A stretch of DNA of 64,000 nt. Origin: Gemmatimonadales bacterium. Its GTDB lineage: Bacteria > Gemmatimonadota > Gemmatimonadetes > Gemmatimonadales > GWC2-71-9. The stretch covers positions 7,712 through 71,711 of the forward strand of contig JBGASX010000011.1 in NCBI GenBank assembly GCA_044229445.1. Reading direction: 5' to 3'. A program made the translations under genes and the position numbers. The notes below the pieces were generated by a model that saw only the letters and a list, made by a program, of their open reading frames with translations, had not been told where the DNA came from and made no database searches. Positions 9,503 through 17,430 of this stretch are shown piece by piece. The first letter of the stretch is position 1. Each line of letters begins with the position of its first letter.

Positions 9503-10915
9503 ATGCTCAGCACTCCCGCTCCCCTTCCCCCGGCGATGCAGCGCGCGGTGCAGCACGCCGCCACCTGGCTCGACGGCCTCGAGGACCGCCCCGTCGCCTC
9601 GGTCACCGATCTCGCCACGCTCCGCGCCCGCATGGGGATTCCGGTTCCGGAATCGGGCACCGACCCGGCCCGGATCATCGACGATCTCGTCGCCATGACC
9701 GAGGGCGGGCACCTCGGCTCCGCGGGAGGGCGATTCTTCGCCTGGGTGATCGGCGGATCCCTCACCTCCGCCCTCGCCGCCGACTGGCTCACCAGCGCCT
9801 GGGACCAGAACGCCGCGCTCTACGCCACCGCACCGGCGGCGGCAGTCGTCGAGGAGATCGCGGGAGCGTGGATCAAGGAGCTGCTCGATCTCCCGCGCGA
9901 CGCCTCGTTCGCCATCACGTCCGGCTGCCAGCTCGCGCACTTCACCTGCCTCGCCGCCGCGCGCCACGCCGTGCTCGCCCGCATCGGGTGGGATGCCGGT
10001 CTCGAGGGGATCTCGGGGGCGCCGCAGATCCGGGTCCTCGTCAACGAGCAGAGCCACGGTTCGGTCACCCGCGCCATCCGTTTCCTCGGCATCGGCACCC
10101 GGCACCTCCACGCCCTCGAGACCGACCAGGACGGCCGCATCGCACCGGCGACGCTCAAGCGCGCGCTCGCCGAGCGGGGCGGCCCGGCGATCGTGATCCT
10201 CAACGCCGCCGATCTCAACATCGCCGCCTTCGATCCCTTCGACACCCTGATCCCGGTCGCGCACGCCGCCGGCGCGTGGGTCCACATCGATGGCGCCTTC
10301 GGCCTCATCGCACGGGCGAGCCGCTCGAAGCGGGACCTCCTCACCGGCGTCGAGGGCGCGGACAGCTGGGCCACCGATGGCCACAAGTGGCTCAACGTCC
10401 CCTTCGACTGCGGCCTCGCGCTGGTGCGCGATCAAGAGGCGCATCGCGCGGCGATGACGGTGAGCGCCTCCTACATCGCGGCCGAGCGTCGTGCGCGGGA
10501 CGAGATCGACTGGAACCCGGAGTGGTCGCGCCGGAGCCGGGGCTTTGCGCTCTACGCCGCGCTCCGGGAGCTGGGCCGTTCCGGCATCGAGGCGCTGGTG
10601 GATCGGTGCTCCGCCCACTGCCACGCGATCGTGACCGGGATTGGTGCGCTCGACGGTGCCGAGGTGCTGTGGGAACCCACGCTCAACCAGGGGCTGGTGC
10701 GCTTCCTCGACCCGCGCCCCGGTGCCAGTGACGAGGATCACGACCGCCGCACCGATGCGGTCATCGCGGCAATCAACGCGACCGGCGAGGCCTTCTTCAG
10801 CGGCACCACGTGGCGCGGGCAGCGGGCGATGCGGGTGAGCGTGGTGAACTGGCAGACCACCGAGTCGGATGTCGCCCGCACGATTGCCGCGGCGCGGGCG
10901 GTGCTCGGCGCCTAG
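9503..10915 (+). CDS. PLP-dependent (group II-like) amino-acid decarboxylase family protein
   Basis: 470 aa. The PLP-lysine motif is present in SWATDGHKWLNVPFDCG, and the VHIDGAFG block is typical of fold-type I decarboxylases. Substrate is unknown. Confidence 0.75.
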   Translation: MLSTPAPLPPAMQRAVQHAATWLDGLEDRPVASVTDLATLRARMGIPVPESGTDPARIIDDLVAMTEGGHLGSAGGRFFAWVIGGSLTSALAADWLTSAWDQNAALYATAPAAAVVEEIAGAWIKELLDLPRDASFAITSGCQLAHFTCLAAARHAVLARIGWDAGLEGISGAPQIRVLVNEQSHGSVTRAIRFLGIGTRHLHALETDQDGRIAPATLKRALAERGGPAIVILNAADLNIAAFDPFDTLIPVAHAAGAWVHIDGAFGLIARASRSKRDLLTGVEGADSWATDGHKWLNVPFDCGLALVRDQEAHRAAMTVSASYIAAERRARDEIDWNPEWSRRSRGFALYAALRELGRSGIEALVDRCSAHCHAIVTGIGALDGAEVLWEPTLNQGLVRFLDPRPGASDEDHDRRTDAVIAAINATGEAFFSGTTWRGQRAMRVSVVNWQTTESDVARTIAAARAVLGA

Positions 10916-10930
10916 CACACGCTCGCCGCG

Positions 10931-10959
10931 TTGACACCACTCCCGCCGGGGCCTACAAT
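10931..10959 (+). promoter_or_regulatory. consensus sigma70-type promoter (TTGACA - 17 nt - TACAAT)
   Basis: TTGACA at 10931-10936, a 17-nt spacer, and TACAAT at 10954-10959. It lies in the gap after the decarboxylase stop (10915) and upstream of the lipoprotein operon. Confidence 0.6.
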
Positions 10960-11119
10960 CTCCTATCCCCGCTTCGGCGCCGCCCCTCATGTCACGGCGC
11001 CGGCGAGCCCGGGCGCCCCAACCGTTCCCTCTGTTCCGAGTGTCGTCGTCGCTGGATCGTGATCCCGCGGACGCGGATCGCTGGATTCACGCCGCCGAAG
11101 CAAGTCACGACCGCGCGTC

Positions 11120-12310
11120 TTGCATGGGCCGACGCCCAGTCACCGAGGCAACCGCCGTATGACCCTGCACGACACCGGCCGGCGTGGCACCCGACGGCCC
11201 CTTCCCCTGCTCCTTCTCTCCGCCTTTGCGCTCGGCGCTCTCGTCGGCTGCGACGACGTGCCCGCGACTGGCCCCTCCGGCGGCCCGAAGCCGGAGATTC
11301 GCTTCGTGAACCTCGCGATGCCGGTGGATCTCACGCCGAGCGGCGACCTCGCGGCGATCCAGGATGCGGCCTCGGCAACGGGCGATCTCTATTTCTATCA
11401 CACCGCGACCGGCGCGCTCGAGTTCAAGACCAGGGTGGGCGATCCGCTCCGCACCTTCGCGAGCGCTATCTCCGCCACCGGCGCGGTGACCGCGCTCCAC
11501 AACGAGCCGGTGCAGGCGGGCTTCTGGACCGCGGCGAGCGAGTGGACCGACCTCAGCTCGCCCTACCTGAGCGGCTGCGGCGCAGACTACGCTGGCGCCT
11601 GGGATGTGAGCGCGAACGCGCACATCATCGTCGGACTGGTCTGGAACGGATGCAACGCGGAAGCCTTCCGCTGGGATGCGGGCGGCACCGGGATCATCAC
11701 GCCGCTTCAGCTGCTCGGCCAGAGCTATCCCGGCAGCCCGAACCCGCCGGCGAATCGCGCCACCGTGGTCTCCGACGACGGCACCACCGCCGCGGGCTGG
11801 GCGCAGACCAGCCTTGTCGATCGTGCGCCGGCCATCTGGAAGGCGGACGGCACCGGCTTCATGCTCACCGGCTTCACGCCGGATGCGCCGGGCGAAATTC
11901 TCTCCATCAGCGCCGACGGCAAGATGGTGGCCGGCACCTGGGCCGACAGCGCCTTCTACTGGACTGCGGCGACGGGGGTGGTCAACATCGGCAAGCTTCC
12001 TGACAGCGGCGGCTTCACCGGCGGCACCTTCGCCAATGCGATCGCCGCCAACGGCCGGCTCATCTTCGGCACCGACGGCTCTCCCTTCTTTACCCTGCCG
12101 CGCGCCTTCGTCTGGACCCAGGCCAGCGGGATGCAGTCGCTCGACTCGGTCGCCGTGGCCGCCGGCGTCACCATCCCGCAGGGCTACTCGCTCAACCACG
12201 TCCAGGCCGCCTCCGCGGACGGGACGGTCATCCTGGGCACGGCGTACACGCCGACGCTCAATGTGGTGACGTTCGTGCTGACCCTCCCCCTCTCCGCGTA
12301 CGGCTTGTGA
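11120..12310 (+). CDS. lipoprotein with HAF-like extracellular repeats
   Basis: The lipobox is LLLLSAFALGALVGCDD. A repeated unit of about 45 aa recurs (S/A-x-D/N-G-x-x-V/I-x-G ... AF-x-W ... G), for example ANAHIIVGLVWNGCNAEAFRWDAGG, ISADGKMVAGTWADSAFYWTAATG and ANGRLIFGT...RAFVWTQASG. The track start is TTG 11120. ATG 11159 (MTLHDTG...) is more likely. Confidence 0.6.
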   Translation: MHGPTPSHRGNRRMTLHDTGRRGTRRPLPLLLLSAFALGALVGCDDVPATGPSGGPKPEIRFVNLAMPVDLTPSGDLAAIQDAASATGDLYFYHTATGALEFKTRVGDPLRTFASAISATGAVTALHNEPVQAGFWTAASEWTDLSSPYLSGCGADYAGAWDVSANAHIIVGLVWNGCNAEAFRWDAGGTGIITPLQLLGQSYPGSPNPPANRATVVSDDGTTAAGWAQTSLVDRAPAIWKADGTGFMLTGFTPDAPGEILSISADGKMVAGTWADSAFYWTAATGVVNIGKLPDSGGFTGGTFANAIAANGRLIFGTDGSPFFTLPRAFVWTQASGMQSLDSVAVAAGVTIPQGYSLNHVQAASADGTVILGTAYTPTLNVVTFVLTLPLSAYGL

Positions 12311-13782
12311 GGCGGCCCCCCATGACGACCCGCTCCGCCCTGCAGGCCCTGACGCTTCCGCTCTGCCTACTCGCGCTCGCGAGCTGCGGCGACGACGGCT
12401 TCTCCCCCGGCGTCCCGGCAAAGGTCGTGATCGCCGAGAGCGGCTTCAACTTCACCGCCGTCGGGCAGAACCATCTCTTCCCCGCCGCCGCGACCGACGC
12501 GCACGGTCACCTGATCCAGATGTCGTTCATCTGGTCCAGCTCCGATCCGTCCGTCGTCCAGGTGAACGGGGACGGCCTCGCGACCGCGACCGGTCCCGGC
12601 TCCGCGATCGTGACCGTCACCGCCGGTTCGCACAGCGACACCGCCACCGTGAGCGTGCACCAGACCGCGGCCCACATCAGCGCGGTCCAGGGAGATGGCC
12701 AGGGCGGCATCGCCTCGCAGATGCTGCCGGCACCGCTGGTCGTTCAGGTGACCGACGCCCTCAACCGGCCGGTGGGTGGCGTGCTGGTGCACTTCGGGAC
12801 CAGCGACAGCGGCGCCGTCGTCGCGCCCGACACCGCGACCACCGATCGGAACGGCTTCGCCGCGACGACGCTCACCCTCGGCTCCGCGCCCGGCAACTAC
12901 GGCGTCACCGCGACCGTGCCCGGCACGGCGCTCAGCACCAGCTTCACCGCACGCACTTCCGGCCCCTTCAGCATCGACCTGCTGTACGTGAACGGGACGC
13001 CTTCGCCCGCCCAGGCCCAGGCCTTCAACCTGGCACGGCAGCGGTGGGAGTCCATCATCACCGGCGACCTCCCAGACGATTACGCCTCGCTGCCCGCGAA
13101 CAGCTGCGGCGGGAGCCCGGCGATCGACCGGCCGATCGACGACCTGCTGATCTTCGTCACCATCGCCGACATCGACGGGCCCGGCGGCATCCTCGGCCAG
13201 GCCGCCCCCTGCTTCCTGCATTCCGTCGGCGGGCTGCCGGCCATCGGCCAGATGACCTTCGACGTGGCCGACCTCGCCGTCATCGACAGCGCCGGCCTCC
13301 TCTCCGCGGTGGTGACCCACGAGATGGGGCATGTCCTGGGCTACGGCACACTCTGGAGCTCACTCGGTCTCCTCGCCAATCCCTCGAGCCAGGGCGGACT
13401 CGACCCCTCCTTCACCGGGCCGTTCGCCATTGCCGCCTTCGACTCGCTCGGCGGGATCACCCACGTGGGCGCGAAGGTGCCGGTCGAGGACCAGGGCGGT
13501 CCCGGCACCGCCGACAGCCACTGGCGCGAGACCACCTTCGGCAACGAACTGATGACCGGCTACGTGAATCTCGGATTCAATCCGCTGAGCGCGGTGAGCA
13601 TCGCCTCGATGGCGGACCTCGGATATACCGTGGACTACAGCACCGCGGATCCCTACACCATCTTCGCGCCGATCCGCCTGCCCGGCCCCGAGCTGCGCCT
13701 GCATCTCCAGAACGACGTCATCACCGGGCCGATCCGGGTGATGCCGCACCGCCGGAAGTCCGCCGGCTCCACCCGGCACTAG
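12307..13782 (+). CDS. lipoprotein: Ig-like (Big_2, Big_1-like) domains fused to a leishmanolysin-like (M8) zinc metalloprotease
   Basis: The lipobox is LCLLALASCGDD. A Big_2-like segment (FIWSSSDPSVVQVNGDGLATATGPGSAIVTVTAG) and a Big_1-like segment (LVVQVTDALNRPVGGVLVHF...TDRNGFAATTLTLG) follow. The HExxH motif is in VVTHEMGHVLGYG, with downstream ADSHWRETTFGNELMTG. The start overlaps the upstream stop by 4 nt. Confidence 0.75.
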   Translation: MRRPPMTTRSALQALTLPLCLLALASCGDDGFSPGVPAKVVIAESGFNFTAVGQNHLFPAAATDAHGHLIQMSFIWSSSDPSVVQVNGDGLATATGPGSAIVTVTAGSHSDTATVSVHQTAAHISAVQGDGQGGIASQMLPAPLVVQVTDALNRPVGGVLVHFGTSDSGAVVAPDTATTDRNGFAATTLTLGSAPGNYGVTATVPGTALSTSFTARTSGPFSIDLLYVNGTPSPAQAQAFNLARQRWESIITGDLPDDYASLPANSCGGSPAIDRPIDDLLIFVTIADIDGPGGILGQAAPCFLHSVGGLPAIGQMTFDVADLAVIDSAGLLSAVVTHEMGHVLGYGTLWSSLGLLANPSSQGGLDPSFTGPFAIAAFDSLGGITHVGAKVPVEDQGGPGTADSHWRETTFGNELMTGYVNLGFNPLSAVSIASMADLGYTVDYSTADPYTIFAPIRLPGPELRLHLQNDVITGPIRVMPHRRKSAGSTRH

Positions 13783-13791
13783 CGCCGAACC

Positions 13792-14754
13792 ATGCCGGCC
13801 CGCTCCGCGTCGCGCCTGACAAGTACGCTCCGGCACCACGCCGCGGTGCTGGCCTGCCTGCTTGGCGTCTGGACGGGCACGCTCCGGGCGCAGAGCGACA
13901 GCGCAGCGGCCGCGGCCCTCGGGGGTGGCTATGCGGCGCCACCGCCGACCATCGTCTTCATGACCGATTTCGGCACCGCGAATGACGCCGCCGCCATCTG
14001 CCGGGCGGTGATGGTCGGCATCGCGCCGACGGTGCGGATCATGGACATCACCCATCAGGTAACGCCCTACTCCATCGAAGAAGCGGCGCGAAACCTCGAA
14101 TCGGTCACGCCCTACTATCCCGAGGGAACGGTCTTCGTCGTCGTCGTCGATCCCGGCGTCGGCACCGACCGGAAGGCGCTCATCGTGCGCAGTCGCCGAG
14201 GCCAGTACTTCGTGCTGCCTGACAACGGCATCGTGACACCGGTGATCGACCGGGACGGCTTCGATGGCGCGCACGAGATCAGCAATCCGGTCTGGATGAT
14301 CGGCGACCGGATCTCTTCCACTTTCCACGGGCGCGACATCTTCTCGCCGACCGCGGCGTATCTCGCTTCGGGGTGGAACTGGACCGAAGCGGGGCCGGCG
14401 GTCACCGAGCTGGTGCGTCTGAAACCCCGCATCGCCGTGGCCAGCCGGAGCGGCATCGCGGGCGAGGTCATCGCCCTCGACGATCCCTACGGGAACCTCA
14501 TCACCGACATCACCGCGGAGCAGTTCCGCGACCTGGGGTACAGGCTCGGCGATCAGGTCCCCGTGCAGATCGACGCCCGGCGGCTCCGCTTTCCGTTCGT
14601 GAAGACCTTCGGCGATGTCCCGGTAGGGAAGCCGCTCCTCTACCTCGATTCACGCGGTCGCGTGGCGTTTTCGCTCAACGAACGTGACATGGCGAAGGCC
14701 TACGGCATCCATCCACCCGCCCGGGTGACGATTCCGAGGAAGACGCAGCGATAA
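13792..14754 (+). CDS. SAM hydrolase / SAM hydroxide adenosyltransferase family protein (DUF62) with N-terminal signal-like segment
   Basis: Family motifs are present: FMTDFGTANDAAAICRAVM, VVVVDPGVGTDRKALIV, FVLPDNGIVTPVI and STFHGRDIFSPTAAYLASG. The gene lies 9 nt after the upstream stop. Confidence 0.8.
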   Translation: MPARSASRLTSTLRHHAAVLACLLGVWTGTLRAQSDSAAAAALGGGYAAPPPTIVFMTDFGTANDAAAICRAVMVGIAPTVRIMDITHQVTPYSIEEAARNLESVTPYYPEGTVFVVVVDPGVGTDRKALIVRSRRGQYFVLPDNGIVTPVIDRDGFDGAHEISNPVWMIGDRISSTFHGRDIFSPTAAYLASGWNWTEAGPAVTELVRLKPRIAVASRSGIAGEVIALDDPYGNLITDITAEQFRDLGYRLGDQVPVQIDARRLRFPFVKTFGDVPVGKPLLYLDSRGRVAFSLNERDMAKAYGIHPPARVTIPRKTQR

Positions 14755-14991
14755 TCATCCACTGCGACGCTCAACTGCGCCCTTTCGAGACGTAGTCCGT
14801 AGGCACTAGCCCTCCGATCATACCAACGAGCAATACCCCGCCTCTCCGGCTCCCTCTAACATCCATCCTCGATTCGGCCCCTCGGACGCGAGACGTGACG
14901 CGAAAGGGCCCGGATCGTCGGGTGATGGTCGGACACATTGCTGGTGAAGAATCGCGCCGCCCGCATGGGACGCGCCTTCGAAGGAGGCAGC

Positions 14992-15438
14992 ATGACACGA
15001 TTGCAGAGGACGATGGGTGTGCTTGCGGCCTGCGCGCTGGTCGGTACGAGCGCCGCGCAGGCTGAAGGGTTCAAGCCGGGGAGCGACTGCAATCCCTCCG
15101 GCTTCACGACCTGCATGGCGGTGCATCTCAGCGTGCTGAAGGATGGCCTGTCCGTCGGCGAGAGGAATGCGTCGTGGCAGGACTGGGCCGGCGAAGGCCG
15201 CAACACGACGTACAAGTTCGTCCCGGGGGATCACGGCCTCGGCCTGGATCATCCCGGCAACGGGGGCGTGGTACCCGGCGCATGTCCGGTACCCTCCCGC
15301 AATCCGCGTGACTGCGCGTCGGTGGTGACGGTGACGCCCGAGCCGGTCACGATGACCCTGCTGGCCACCGGTCTCCTGAGCATGTCAGGGATGGGGTTCG
15401 TGAGCCGGAGGCGGAAGCAGAAGTTCGAGCAGATGTAA
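14992..15438 (+). CDS. PEP-CTERM sorting-domain secreted protein
   Basis: AAGGAGG lies 5 nt before ATG 14992. The signal peptide is MTRLQRTMGVLAACALVGTSAAQA. The C-terminus VTPEPVTMTLLATGLLSMSGMGFVSRRRKQ shows the PEP motif, a TM segment and a basic tail. The track ORF starts at TTG 14938. Confidence 0.75.
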   Translation: MTRLQRTMGVLAACALVGTSAAQAEGFKPGSDCNPSGFTTCMAVHLSVLKDGLSVGERNASWQDWAGEGRNTTYKFVPGDHGLGLDHPGNGGVVPGACPVPSRNPRDCASVVTVTPEPVTMTLLATGLLSMSGMGFVSRRRKQKFEQM

Positions 15439-15549
15439 CGAAGTGCTGGCCGATGGCGCAGAGGACTTCTCCGAAGCGACCAGGACAGGGGCCGGCGTAC
15501 CAGGCACCTGATTGCCAGTTTCCCCGGCCGTCTTTGAAAGGCGGATTGT

Positions 15550-15669
15550 ATGACCAAGACCCAGAAGGCCACCTGGATGACCCCAACACTCGTCGGCAAG
15601 CAGGTCAGCCAGACTCTCAGTGGCGCGGGCTCCAACTTTGATGCCCGTGGTGGCGAGTTCCACAGCTGA
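15550..15669 (+). CDS. lasso peptide precursor (39 aa), not in ORF track
   Basis: Hand translation from ATG 15550 to TGA 15667-15669 gives MTKTQKATWMTPTLVGKQVSQTLSGAGSNFDARGGEFHS. GAAAGG lies at 15536-15541. It sits directly upstream of the kinase/B1/B2/C/D genes. It has Thr at -2, Asp at core position 8 and a C-terminal Ser. Confidence 0.7.
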   Translation: MTKTQKATWMTPTLVGKQVSQTLSGAGSNFDARGGEFHS

Positions 15670-15682
15670 ATCGCGGCAGACC

Positions 15683-16690
15683 ATGCCAGCGCGATCTGAC
15701 TCGATGCCCTCCGGCGCACCATCGGCCGGGGGGCATCTGGTCTTGAGCCCCGACGCGACCCCGGTGCGTGATTTCTGGGTCTACGGCCTGCGCGTGCGGT
15801 CGGCGATCGACCTCGTCGGCTGGCCGGTCATCGCTGACGCAGAACCCGACGTGATCATCCGGCGCGAGCCGCTGGGGGATGTCCCGCTCGAGGGAGACTC
15901 GTACAGCGCCCGGGCAGTCGTCGAGGATGGCGAGCTCAAGCTCGGCGTGCGTGGTGTCGGCCGCTATGCCGCCTTCGGGGGGTCCCTGATCCGGGTGGAC
16001 GCGGAGCCCGGGGCGAAGCCCGAGGATGTCCGGCTCTACCTCACGGGCGCGCTCATGGGTGTCATCCTCCACCAGCGCGGCACTCTTCCACTCCATGCCA
16101 GTTGCGTGGCGCTGCCGCTGGACGCCGGGTGCGTGGCCTTCGCGGGCCCCTCCGGCGCCGGCAAGTCCACCCTGGTCGCCGAGCTGATCCGTCAGGGGTG
16201 CGGCTTCGTGAGCGACGATCTCTGCGTGATGGCCCCCGCGGCCCGCGGCGAACTCCGCGTCTGGCCCGGCGCCGCGCGGCTCAAGCTCGACGCAACGAGT
16301 CTGGGAAGAACGTCGTGCCGGGGATCGGACCTCGAACCCGCCGGTGGCGGCCGGGGGAAGTTCCACCTCCCCATGGACGCGTCGCTCCACCACACGTCGC
16401 CCGCTCCGCTCCACCGGGTCTACATCCTGACCGACGGAGAGGGGCCACCGCGCGTCGAGCCGCTGGTGGGCCTCGAGGCGATCGCGGCGCTGGTCGACCA
16501 GACCTATCTGCTCTCGAGCGCGCGTGCCATGGGGCTGACGTCGCAGGTCTTCCGTCTGGTCGGCGGCGTTGCCCGCGGGCTGACCGTCAGCCGGCTGATC
16601 CGGCCCCGCGGACTCGGGTTCCTCCCGGCGATGGCCGAGCTGGTCACGCACGCCGCGGAGCGCCCCACCGCAATGCTCCATCCCGCATGA
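15683..16690 (+). CDS. HPr kinase-like serine kinase (lasso precursor kinase type)
   Basis: A P-loop FAGPSGAGKSTLVAELIRQG is followed by FVSDDLCV, as in the HprK C-terminal domain. It is located in the lasso operon. I prefer ATG 15683 because the track start GTG 15620 would overlap the precursor ORF. Confidence 0.75.
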   Translation: MPARSDSMPSGAPSAGGHLVLSPDATPVRDFWVYGLRVRSAIDLVGWPVIADAEPDVIIRREPLGDVPLEGDSYSARAVVEDGELKLGVRGVGRYAAFGGSLIRVDAEPGAKPEDVRLYLTGALMGVILHQRGTLPLHASCVALPLDAGCVAFAGPSGAGKSTLVAELIRQGCGFVSDDLCVMAPAARGELRVWPGAARLKLDATSLGRTSCRGSDLEPAGGGRGKFHLPMDASLHHTSPAPLHRVYILTDGEGPPRVEPLVGLEAIAALVDQTYLLSSARAMGLTSQVFRLVGGVARGLTVSRLIRPRGLGFLPAMAELVTHAAERPTAMLHPA

Positions 16691-16700
16691 GGAGGTTCCG

Positions 16701-17030
16701 ATGAGCACCGAAGCCGAGATCGGTTCGGAGACGCTGGTCACGCGAAACGAGGAGCCGGTCGCGGTCGAAGTGGACCGGACGGTGGTCATGATGAGCGTCG
16801 ACCAGGGCATGTACTTCGGGCTGGAGGGGGTGGGCCCGAAGATCTGGGCGCTGCTCGAACAGCCGCGCTCCGTCAGGCAGCTCTGCGAAGCGCTGATGAG
16901 CGAATTCGACGTGGCGCCCGACGTCTGCCGGCGCGAGGTGGGAGCCTTCCTGGAGGAGCTGCGTCGTGCCCAACTGGTTCGGTTCCATGATCCGGCGACC
17001 ACTCCTGTTCATCCGGCTCCCGCCAGCTGA
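16701..17030 (+). CDS. PqqD-family RiPP recognition element (lasso B1)
   Basis: 109 aa, with AGGAGG just upstream. The PqqD-like pattern ...AVEVDRTVVMMSVDQGMYFGLEGVGPKIWALLEQPRSVRQLCEALMSEFDV... is present. Confidence 0.85.
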   Translation: MSTEAEIGSETLVTRNEEPVAVEVDRTVVMMSVDQGMYFGLEGVGPKIWALLEQPRSVRQLCEALMSEFDVAPDVCRREVGAFLEELRRAQLVRFHDPATTPVHPAPAS

Positions 17031-17418
17031 GCGCACGGCGCTGATCGAATCGCTGGCGCTCTGTACCCTGGCCGGCGTGCTCATCCGCGTCCTCCCCTTC
17101 CGCCGCCTGGCGCCGCGGCTCGGTCGCCACATGGCCGTGAGCCCGGCGGAGCCTGACACCGCCGCCAGGTGGGAGGTCGCCCGCATCCGCTGGGCGATCG
17201 GCGCCGCGGAGCGGCATCTGCCATGGCATCCGGTCTGCCTCCCGCGCGCCATCGCGGCCCACTGGATGCTCCGCCGCCGCGGTATCCCCAGCACGCTCTA
17301 CCTCGGCGCCGACCCGTCGCGCGGCTACGACGCCCACGCCTGGGTCGCGGCCGGCAGCATGATCGTCACCGGCGGACCGCGTGAAGATCGCTTCGCCGTG
17401 GTGGCCTCTTTTGCCTGA
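16966..17418 (+). CDS. lasso leader peptidase B2 (transglutaminase-like cysteine protease)
   Basis: The catalytic Cys context is WHPVCLPRAIAAHWMLRRRGIPSTLYLGA and the His context is YDAHAWV. The size and N-terminus (MIRRPLLFIRLPPAERTALIE...) are typical of B2. An alternative ATG start is at 16987. Confidence 0.8.
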   Translation: MPNWFGSMIRRPLLFIRLPPAERTALIESLALCTLAGVLIRVLPFRRLAPRLGRHMAVSPAEPDTAARWEVARIRWAIGAAERHLPWHPVCLPRAIAAHWMLRRRGIPSTLYLGADPSRGYDAHAWVAAGSMIVTGGPREDRFAVVASFA

Positions 17419-17430
17419 CACCAGCCACCG

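Noticed and set aside
9320-10990. 556-aa minus-strand ORF over the decarboxylase gene
   Set aside because: It is antisense to a gene with a clear PLP-lysine motif, and its product is low-complexity.
10989-11162. 57-codon ORF in the leader behind the consensus promoter (MSRRRRARAPQPFPLFRV...)
   Set aside because: The product is Arg-rich and low-complexity, and it overlaps the lipoprotein start region. This is more likely non-coding leader.
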